Of a stretch of 64,000 bases of DNA, positions 37,810-45,409 are shown one piece after another (the first letter of the stretch is position 1; the number at the start of each line of letters is the position of its first letter). This DNA is from Candidatus Krumholzibacteriota bacterium (lineage in GTDB: Bacteria > Krumholzibacteriota > Krumholzibacteriia > JAJRXK01), in the NCBI GenBank assembly GCA_963727455.1, contig CAVSGG010000003.1, forward strand, positions 64,001 through 128,000. The letters run 5' to 3'. The notes under the pieces are model-generated. The model worked only from the letters and a program-made list of their open reading frames with translations, did no database searches and had not been told where the DNA came from. Position numbers and translations under genes: made by a program.

Positions 37810-39840
37810 ATGACAGAGCGGGCGAACGCTGACGACAGGAAGCGCGCGAAGGCTGCCGGCTGGCTGGCTGCGGTGTGGATTGGAGCGGTTGCGGGCTGGG
37901 TCGACGCGAGCGCTGGATTTCTCCACCCGGTGTCGACGCGTTTGCTGCTGTTCTCTCCTCTCCTCTACGGTCTTTTCGCGCTCGTCGTTTACCTTCTCGC
38001 CCGCGTCGTACTGCGATTGCTTTCCGCACTGATGGGCAATCGGGTGAGTTATTTGCGCCACATCGAGAGCCTCGCCTTGGGCGCGACCGCCGGTGCTCTG
38101 ATCCTGTTCTTCGGGGTATACTTCGTAACCACTTCCACGGTGCCCTTCTTCGCCTCACTCCGTGGCCTGCTCCTGGGATTCGTGGGGGCTACGATCCTGA
38201 GCTGGGTGGCCCTCGTGTCGGTTTCGCTCCTGGCCCTGCGCCGATATCCTACCCCGCCTCAGGATCGAGACACGCGCGCTCTCGAGCACCGCGCCGCGCC
38301 GTCCCGAGCTTTCTTTCGGCTCTGGCTGCCCTTTACTCCCCTGCTGGCCATCGCGTTCGCCTACGGAATCCTGGCTGGAATCTACTTCGCTCGCGACGGC
38401 CACCTCGCTCGCGGGCAGAGCCCGCCGCGGGGATTCGTTCTGGTGAGTCTCGACGCAGCTCGCGGTGATCACTTGACCGCCCTCGGTTACCCACGGCCGA
38501 CCACGCCGCAGATCGACAAGTTGATTTCCGGGGGTACGGCATTCCGGCGCGCCTACGTGCAGATGCCCGCCTCGGCGCCTGGCCACTCCAGCATGTTGAC
38601 CGGTCTGCCGCCGCTGTCGCACGGCGTGCTCGTAAACACGGGGGTACTCGACAATCGAATTCTGACCCTGGCCGAACGCTTACGCGGCGAAGGATTTCGT
38701 ACGGCCGCCTTCATCAACAACTACTATCTGGAGAGTCGATTCGGCTTCGATCAGGGTTTCGAGACCTTCATCGATCAGTACCGTGCTTCCCAGTTGGCCA
38801 CCTGGGACCCGCGCTTCTTGCTACGCGGGACGGCGCTCTTCCATGCCATCATCCGTGCGACTCGCCGCCCGGGCGCCCGAAACGATGATACGATCAATCT
38901 CACCCTAGACTGGCTGCGTAACCGGCCAGCCGGCGACTTCTTCGTGTTTCTGCACATCATGGATCCGCACTCCCCCTATGCGCCGCCGGAGGATCTGCGC
39001 CGGAAGTTTCAGTCGCCGGAGGACGACAGGAGAACACATCCCGTTACCGGTGAGAAGCTCGAACCGGTTCGGGACAACGCGGCCCTACGAGCGCGCATCG
39101 GCGCACTAAACCCCCATGAGATCAGCGGCATGCGCAATCTCTACGATGGCGATCTTGCGCTGGCCGATCGCAAAGTCGGCAGGCTTGTCGCTGAATTGCG
39201 GCGCCTCGGCCTATTCGACTCGACGCTTTTGATGGTCACGGCCGACCACGGCGAGGTTCTCTACGAAAAGGAACACGACTTCGACCACGGTTTCATCTGG
39301 AACGGCGATCTCCACGTTCCCCTGGTGATGAGTTACCCGGGACACGTGCCGGCTGGAAGAATCGTGGACGAAGAGGTGCCCGGCGCTGCGATCCCAGCCA
39401 CCGCCTGTGCGCTGCTCGATGTTCCCTACGAGGAACAGACCAAAGCTGGCTTCTACGGCCCGCTCTTACCCACCGGCCCATCCGAGATTCTGGCAGAGAG
39501 TTCTCCCCCTTCCGCTGAGAACGAGGAGAAAATCGTCTGCGCCCTCGCCGGCCTGAAGGACGGGAGCCGGGTCACCGCTGCCATGGGGCCGCGCTACAAG
39601 CTGATTGTCTGGCCGGACGGGCGGAGCATGCTCTACGACCTTCAGCACGATCCCTTCGAACTGACGGATCTCTGGCCGCCACAGGATTTCGGCCAGATCG
39701 AGGCCGCACGGCGCCTGCGCGAGCACCTGTCCACGTGGCTCGAGACCTCGCAAGCGCAGGCGATCGGGGAATCTCGTCAGGAGGACGACATCGACCGCGA
39801 GACGCGCCAGCGTCTGCGCTCGATCGGGTATGTTCACTGA
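37810..39840 (+). CDS. Membrane-anchored sulfatase-like hydrolase/transferase
   Basis: N-terminal TM helices, LVSLDAARGDH, SAPGHSSMLTG, MDPHSPY, TADHGE and RLRSIGYV. Start is uncertain (37780-37810). Confidence 0.85.
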   Translation: MTERANADDRKRAKAAGWLAAVWIGAVAGWVDASAGFLHPVSTRLLLFSPLLYGLFALVVYLLARVVLRLLSALMGNRVSYLRHIESLALGATAGALILFFGVYFVTTSTVPFFASLRGLLLGFVGATILSWVALVSVSLLALRRYPTPPQDRDTRALEHRAAPSRAFFRLWLPFTPLLAIAFAYGILAGIYFARDGHLARGQSPPRGFVLVSLDAARGDHLTALGYPRPTTPQIDKLISGGTAFRRAYVQMPASAPGHSSMLTGLPPLSHGVLVNTGVLDNRILTLAERLRGEGFRTAAFINNYYLESRFGFDQGFETFIDQYRASQLATWDPRFLLRGTALFHAIIRATRRPGARNDDTINLTLDWLRNRPAGDFFVFLHIMDPHSPYAPPEDLRRKFQSPEDDRRTHPVTGEKLEPVRDNAALRARIGALNPHEISGMRNLYDGDLALADRKVGRLVAELRRLGLFDSTLLMVTADHGEVLYEKEHDFDHGFIWNGDLHVPLVMSYPGHVPAGRIVDEEVPGAAIPATACALLDVPYEEQTKAGFYGPLLPTGPSEILAESSPPSAENEEKIVCALAGLKDGSRVTAAMGPRYKLIVWPDGRSMLYDLQHDPFELTDLWPPQDFGQIEAARRLREHLSTWLETSQAQAIGESRQEDDIDRETRQRLRSIGYVH

Positions 39841-39860
39841 GAGTTGCCGATGGCGATGAG

Positions 39861-40760
39861 CTAGCCGAAGGAGTCCGGTTTGCCCGCGAACAGATCGTTC
39901 GCGAAGGCCAGAAGCAGGCGAGCGAAGTCCTCGCGGCGCGCGGCGCCCACCGCGATGACCTCTTCGTGGCTGACTTCTTCCACTCCGTGCTCGCGAGCGA
40001 CGTTCGTGATGCAGGAAACGCCCACTACCTTGACGCCCAAGCGGCTGGCGAAGGCCGCCTCCGGACCGGTGGACATGCCGATGGCCGAAACCCCTATCGA
40101 CCGATAGAAGCCGATCTCTTTGGGCGTTTCGTAGCTCGGTCCCCACAACGATACGTAGGTCCCGGTGGCCACCGGGATTCCGCTTGCGGCCCCGACGTCG
40201 ACCATGCGCAGGGCCAGTGCTCGATCGAAGGGCCCGTTGTGGGTTGCGGCGCGCAATTGAATTTCGGCGTCGTAGCCCGAGGAATCGTCCGCCACCGGTG
40301 GCAACACCAGACCGCGCAAAGCATCGCCGTGAGCATCCAGGAGCCCGGTGAGTGCGACCAGATCACCGGCGCGGGCGTCCGGGCTGGCGCCACCCGCGGC
40401 ATTGGTCAGAACCAAAACTTCTACTCCGAGCGCGAGTAGGGTCGCGATGGGAAAAAGCACGTCCTCCATCGCGTGACCTTCGTAGGCGTGCAGACGTCCC
40501 TGGAGCACCAAGAGCTCGTGCTCCGTGCCGGGAATCCGGCAGGCGAGAAGCTGTCCCTTGTGAGCGGCGACGCTCGGCGCGTGAAAGCCCGGGATCGCGC
40601 CGAACTCGCGCTGGCGCACGAGCTCCAGCTGATCGGCGAAATTTCCCAGCCCGCTGCCTAACACTACACCCAGCCGTCCGCGAAAGCCCTCTTCGCGAAG
40701 AGGCTTCGCGCCGGCCTCGACCCGCTGCGCGTAATCGTCCCGCAAGCGCCATCCGCTCAT
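39861..40760 (-). CDS. punA: Purine-nucleoside phosphorylase (trimeric type)
   Basis: VVLGSGLG, QGRLHAYEG, LTNAAGG, GPSYETPKE, GMSTGPE and SCITN. Confidence 0.92.
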   Translation of the reverse strand: MSGWRLRDDYAQRVEAGAKPLREEGFRGRLGVVLGSGLGNFADQLELVRQREFGAIPGFHAPSVAAHKGQLLACRIPGTEHELLVLQGRLHAYEGHAMEDVLFPIATLLALGVEVLVLTNAAGGASPDARAGDLVALTGLLDAHGDALRGLVLPPVADDSSGYDAEIQLRAATHNGPFDRALALRMVDVGAASGIPVATGTYVSLWGPSYETPKEIGFYRSIGVSAIGMSTGPEAAFASRLGVKVVGVSCITNVAREHGVEEVSHEEVIAVGAARREDFARLLLAFANDLFAGKPDSFG

Positions 40761-41869
40761 CCGGCAACTTCCAATCCGTGCCGATGGCGAACCTCGCTGA
40801 TCTGCTTGATGGCTGAACGCATGAGTTCCACCCGCCTCCTCTGTGGCAGAAATGCGCTCTTGAATCCAGCCAGGAGGAAGTTCTCCATCTCGAGCAAGGT
40901 GAGATCGAAGGTGTCGACGGCGAGTCTGAGCTCGCTCGTGAAGTCGTTTCCCAAGAGAAGTCGGTTGTTGGTGCACAGGGTCACGCGCAGCCCGTGACGC
41001 AGAAAACGCCGTAAGGGATGTTGATCTACGCTCGCAACCGCTCCGGTACGCACGCTACTGCTCAGGCCGACCTCCAAGGGAATCCGGTGGTTCGCCACGT
41101 AGCGCAGCAGGTTCATGTCCTCCAGCAATCGCGTTCCGTGCCCGATGCGATGCGCGCCCAAATAGTGCAGCGCCTGATGAATGCTGGGGGGGCCGAATTC
41201 CTCCCCCGCATGTACCGTGCAGTTGATGTTGTTGTTCAGAATGAGATAGAACGCTTCGCGATGCTCCTTGGCAGGGTTGTCCATCTCGATTCCGGCCAGA
41301 TCGAAGCCGACCACTCCGCGCCGCTTGTACTGCACCGCCAGCTCGGCGAGCCGATGAGTCTCTTCAGGCGAGTGGTGTCGAAGCCCCGTGATCACCAGCT
41401 CGGCCGAGATTCCGGTTTGCTCGCGTCCCTCCATCAGACCCGCCAGCACCGCGTCGGTCGCGCCCTCCGGAGTGAGTTCCCCCTCGCAATGAAGCACGGG
41501 ACTGAAGCGCATCTCGAGATGCTTGACGTTTTCCGCCGCACAGTCGGCCACCAGTTCGCGGGTGACACGCCGCAGAGAAACCTCGTCCTGCAGCACCCGA
41601 TGCACGATTCCAAAAAGAGGAATGTAGCCGGCCAGAGTGGGGCTTTCGTTCGTACCTTTCAAGAGCTGCCGCAGACCCTCCTCGCTCCCTCCGGGAAGGT
41701 CCAGCCTCTTGGCGCGGTAGAGCTCGACGAGGGTGGAGAATCTCACGCTGCCGTCGAGATGCACGTGCAGATCGGCTTTGGGCAAATCGCGAATGAGCTC
41801 GGTCGCGATTTCCTCGCCGCGCAAGAGATCCCCGCGCAGATAGCCATCCTGTCGCACGAAACCCGTCAT
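40757..41869 (-). CDS. add: Adenosine deaminase
   Basis: LPKADLHVHLDGS, VVGFDLAG, TVHAGE and RIGHG. The usual NTD/SDD motif reads CTNN. Confidence 0.88.
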   Translation of the reverse strand: MTGFVRQDGYLRGDLLRGEEIATELIRDLPKADLHVHLDGSVRFSTLVELYRAKRLDLPGGSEEGLRQLLKGTNESPTLAGYIPLFGIVHRVLQDEVSLRRVTRELVADCAAENVKHLEMRFSPVLHCEGELTPEGATDAVLAGLMEGREQTGISAELVITGLRHHSPEETHRLAELAVQYKRRGVVGFDLAGIEMDNPAKEHREAFYLILNNNINCTVHAGEEFGPPSIHQALHYLGAHRIGHGTRLLEDMNLLRYVANHRIPLEVGLSSSVRTGAVASVDQHPLRRFLRHGLRVTLCTNNRLLLGNDFTSELRLAVDTFDLTLLEMENFLLAGFKSAFLPQRRRVELMRSAIKQISEVRHRHGLEVAG

Positions 41870-42534
41870 CAGGCCTTGCCTTTCAGTTCCTTGCGATGAG
41901 AAAGAGAGCGAATCACTTCCACCAGCTCGTCCTGCGCCTTACGGTCGTTCTTGAGATCGAGTTCCTCGGTGTTGACCACGTGCAGTGGAGAGATCAGGGG
42001 AATACGTTCTGCCCACAGCTCATAGCTCTCGTGCAATTCACGAATGTAGCCCTCCTCGATCTGCTGCTCGCAATCGCGGCCGCGGGCGCGAATGCGCCTT
42101 AGGATGGTCTCGGGCTGTGCGCGCAGGTACAGAATGAGATCGGGAGCACGCAGATAGCTCACCATCGTGGCGAAGAGGTCCTTGTAGTTGTGATAGTCGC
42201 GCTCGTCCATCATGCCGCGCCGGTAGAGGATGCGCGCGAAGATCTCGGTATCTTCGTAAATGGTGCGATCCTGAACTACGCTGCGCCCGCTCTCCAGGAT
42301 CTTGCGCTGCAAAGCGAAGCGCTTGCTGAGCAGAAATACCTGCAAGTGGAAACTGTAACGCTTCATGTCGGCGTAGAAGTCGTCGAGATAGGGGTTGTCC
42401 GCGACCGGCTCGTAGTAGGTGTCCCAGCCCAAACGCTCGCCCAGAAGATCGGTGACGAGGGTCTTTCCCACTCCGATGTTGCCGGCGATGGCGAGGAAGA
42501 ACGGTTGCTTGTCTCGATTGGGTGTTGTCATCAC
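41869..42534 (-). CDS. Deoxynucleoside kinase
   Basis: IAGNIGVGKT, YEPV..NPYL..FY, QDRTIYED and RGRDCE. Confidence 0.93.
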   Translation of the reverse strand: MMTTPNRDKQPFFLAIAGNIGVGKTLVTDLLGERLGWDTYYEPVADNPYLDDFYADMKRYSFHLQVFLLSKRFALQRKILESGRSVVQDRTIYEDTEIFARILYRRGMMDERDYHNYKDLFATMVSYLRAPDLILYLRAQPETILRRIRARGRDCEQQIEEGYIRELHESYELWAERIPLISPLHVVNTEELDLKNDRKAQDELVEVIRSLSHRKELKGKA

Positions 42535-42552
42535 GCCTCCTCGTATCTTCTC

Positions 42553-43167
42553 TCACGCGCGGGGGGGTAGTCCGTCCAAAGCGTCGATCTTGGCCACACG
42601 TCGCGCGTGTCGTCCTCCGGAGTGATCTGTACGCAGCCATATCTTCAAAATGCGACTGGCGTACCCGGGATGAATCTGCGCGCTCCCCAGCACCAGTACG
42701 TTGGCGTCGTTGTGTTCGCGGCTGTTGGTTGCGGTTGCCTCGTTGTGTACGGTCGCCGCGCGTACCCCGCGCATTTTGTTCAGGGCCATGGCGCTGCCGA
42801 TGCCCGCGCCGTCGATCATCACGCCGAAGCGACAGGCCCCGGCCTGAATCTGTTGACCCACCTTGATCGCGAAGTCGGGATAGTCGCACGACTGTTGGCT
42901 GTGGGTTCCCACGTCTACCGCCTCGTAACCCGCCTCGGCGAGCACTTCCTTGAGACGCCTCTTCAGGGCGAAGCCGCCGTGGTCACTCCCGATGGCCACC
43001 CGCTTGGCCGCTCCCGGTTTGAGAACAACGGGCTTGGTCCTGCCCGGTTTGAGCATAGGGGGTTTTGTCACACCCACTTCGAGAACGCTTGGCGTCTCGG
43101 GCGCAAACTCGTCCAGAGCTTGCTCGACGAGCTGCCGCACTTGTTCTCGCGAAATCGCAGCCAACAC
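42553..43167 (-). CDS. rpiB: Ribose-5-phosphate isomerase B with N-terminal extension
   Basis: IGSDHGG, DYPDFA, GIGSAMALNK, SREHNDAN and GGRHARRVAKI, with about 55 extra N-terminal residues. Confidence 0.9.
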   Translation of the reverse strand: MLAAISREQVRQLVEQALDEFAPETPSVLEVGVTKPPMLKPGRTKPVVLKPGAAKRVAIGSDHGGFALKRRLKEVLAEAGYEAVDVGTHSQQSCDYPDFAIKVGQQIQAGACRFGVMIDGAGIGSAMALNKMRGVRAATVHNEATATNSREHNDANVLVLGSAQIHPGYASRILKIWLRTDHSGGRHARRVAKIDALDGLPPRA

Positions 43168-43198
43168 AGCTCCTTTCTCGTATCAGAAGGTGGCGAGA

Positions 43199-43227
43199 AT
43201 CGTAGCCCTTTCCCGCATAAAGGGCAA
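43199..43227 (-). promoter_or_regulatory. Putative sigma70 promoter of the rpiB-dNK-add-punA operon
   Basis: Minus strand reads TTGCCC-N17-TACGAT, with the inverted repeat GCCCTTT/AAAGGGC overlapping the -35 and spacer. Confidence 0.5.
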
Positions 43228-43274
43228 TCCTAGGGCTCCGATGTGCCGGGTGCGGGCATTTGCCGAAGGCCGGT

Positions 43275-44435
43275 TTAGGACCCGCCCTTGAAGTCGCTCC
43301 AGCGTTTGTCCTCGAAGATACGGATCTGCGCGGTCGCCGCGTCCACCACGTAGAGGATTGCGCCCGAGATTTCCACCTGGATGCCGCCGCGGGTGGTGAC
43401 GCCGTGCACGATCGCGAATTTGCGCGGCGATTCCAGCGGCATCGAGCCCCCGGCGCCATTCCCGAAGATGAGATCAAAGCTGCCGTTGGGCGTGAATCGT
43501 TGCCCGCGGCTATTGCCCGAATCAGCCACGTAGATGCGGCCTTCGCGGTCGATGCCGACGCCGTAGGGCACATTGAACTCGCCCGCGTCGCTGCCCGGCC
43601 CGGGTTCGAACATTCCACCGCAGCCGGGCGCCTTACCCAGTACGTGAGCCGAGATGTCGACGGTGGGGCAGTTGGTGGGATGGAAGGGAACGATCTGTCC
43701 GGTCGAGGTGGAATCGTCGCCAGTGGGAGTGGGATCAAAGCGGATGACCCAGTTGCGCGTGGTGTCGGCGTCGCACACGAGCAGCATGCCCGCCGAATCG
43801 AAGGCCAGTCCCACCGGGCGCTGGACGAATTGCGGACTCTCCGCGCTACCCCGCTTGTTCGTGACTTCCCCGCGCGCCTGCAAGACCCCCCCCTGGTGGT
43901 CCAGCCAGCGGAAGCGCAACACCGCGCCCGAATCCGGATCGGCCAGATAGAGCAAATCACCGCGCGTGGCGAGAGCGGCGACGCTCTTGGCCAGACCGCT
44001 CAAATCAAAGCTGCCCTGCGGCGCAAGGTCTCCCTGAGCGTAAAACGAAAGTCGCGGCGGAATTCCGTCGCCGCCGTTCTCCCCCACCACCACGGTTCGC
44101 GCCAGAGAGTCCAGGCACACCGCGGTGGGGTTGGCCAGGCCGGTGACCGGTCCCTTGTCGAGCGCCCCCTTCAAGTTGTACTTGGTGAGCGTACCCGGCT
44201 GCCCCTCGGTGACGAAGATCTTGCCCGCGGCTTCGATGAGATCCGTGGGATCCGTCAGGTCCCACTGACCCTTTTCCAGATAGAGACTGCTGCTGGGAAT
44301 CCCCTTGGCCTCAGGCACGGTGATCTTCTCGCCGCAACCCAAGAGAGAGGAAACCAAGACAATTGCTCCGCACAGGGCCGGCAGGAGGAGAAGCTCCGGC
44401 CTCTTTCGTCCCAGGAGCGTTCCTTGCCGCTTCAT
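43275..44435 (-). CDS. NHL-repeat beta-propeller lipoprotein
   Basis: Lipobox LLGC and NHL repeats (FNVPYGVGIDREGRIYVADSGNSR; PVGLAFDSAGMLLVCD). Confidence 0.85.
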   Translation of the reverse strand: MKRQGTLLGRKRPELLLLPALCGAIVLVSSLLGCGEKITVPEAKGIPSSSLYLEKGQWDLTDPTDLIEAAGKIFVTEGQPGTLTKYNLKGALDKGPVTGLANPTAVCLDSLARTVVVGENGGDGIPPRLSFYAQGDLAPQGSFDLSGLAKSVAALATRGDLLYLADPDSGAVLRFRWLDHQGGVLQARGEVTNKRGSAESPQFVQRPVGLAFDSAGMLLVCDADTTRNWVIRFDPTPTGDDSTSTGQIVPFHPTNCPTVDISAHVLGKAPGCGGMFEPGPGSDAGEFNVPYGVGIDREGRIYVADSGNSRGQRFTPNGSFDLIFGNGAGGSMPLESPRKFAIVHGVTTRGGIQVEISGAILYVVDAATAQIRIFEDKRWSDFKGGS

Positions 44436-45409
44436 CGTCCCAGCTCCAAGCTGACCGTGTGCAGGCCGCCGAAGGCCCCGCGATCGTCGTAGGCGTAGGC
44501 GAGGCGCATGAGCAGGCCCTTCTTTTCGAAGTGCACTCCGAATCCGGCGGAGAGTCCGCCCTGATCGACGTTGCTCCGCCATCCACCACGCAGCGCCAGG
44601 TGATCGAGCAAGGCTGCCTCGCCACCGAAGATCATCGACTCCTGCTCATCGCTGGGATGGCGGAAATCGAAGCAGAGGGTGAGGCGATGGTCGTCGCCCT
44701 TTCCAAAATCGTAGGCTGCGCCGAAGATGGCGATGGTCGGCGCCGCGAAACTCTGCCAACCCGATTCCGTTTCCGCGGGTGGCGTTCCACTGAGCTTCAA
44801 GTCACTGCCGAAGTTCTGCACCGTGAAACCAATGCGCGCGGTGTGGAAACCGATGTAATAGAGCGCACCCAGGTCGAGGAAAAAGCCCTCGTTCTTGAAC
44901 TCGTCCAGATTCTCCTGCAGGAATTTCGCAGTGGCGGCGACGGTGAAGCGATCCGTCATCTGCCGTCCCAAAGAGACTCCCCCCACGAATTGGTTCGCGC
45001 TGAAAGTGAAGCCCTGGCCGGTGGGATGCAGCTCGCTCGTGCGCAGAATGTCCCCACTGCGCAGCACGCCACCCATGATTCCCAGACGCCAAACTCCCAG
45101 CTTGTGGACGTAGGCGATGTGGTCGACATCCATGTCCGCCGCATAGGCGGTGTGCGAGAGGAGAAGGCGATCGCTGCCCTCGACGGTGATCATGGCCGCG
45201 GGATTCCAGAACACCGCAGAGGCGCCTTCTGCTGCGGCGCTCATGCCGCTGCCCATGGCGATTCCGCGCGCGCCCGCGGGCACTCGCAGGAACTGGCCAC
45301 CGCTGGATCCGGCCCGCTCTCCTCCATAGAGCGTGATGAGTTGCCCGGCCCGCGCCGGAGCGAGGGAGGCGAGTAGAAGCCAGAGAACCAGAACCGTGCG
45401 CACTACCAT
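44432..45409 (-). CDS. PorV/PorQ family outer-membrane protein
   Basis: Signal peptide and QFLRVPAGARGIAMG...SAVFWNPA (PorV/FadL-like N-terminus), followed by beta strands. Confidence 0.85.
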   Translation of the reverse strand: MVVRTVLVLWLLLASLAPARAGQLITLYGGERAGSSGGQFLRVPAGARGIAMGSGMSAAAEGASAVFWNPAAMITVEGSDRLLLSHTAYAADMDVDHIAYVHKLGVWRLGIMGGVLRSGDILRTSELHPTGQGFTFSANQFVGGVSLGRQMTDRFTVAATAKFLQENLDEFKNEGFFLDLGALYYIGFHTARIGFTVQNFGSDLKLSGTPPAETESGWQSFAAPTIAIFGAAYDFGKGDDHRLTLCFDFRHPSDEQESMIFGGEAALLDHLALRGGWRSNVDQGGLSAGFGVHFEKKGLLMRLAYAYDDRGAFGGLHTVSLELGR

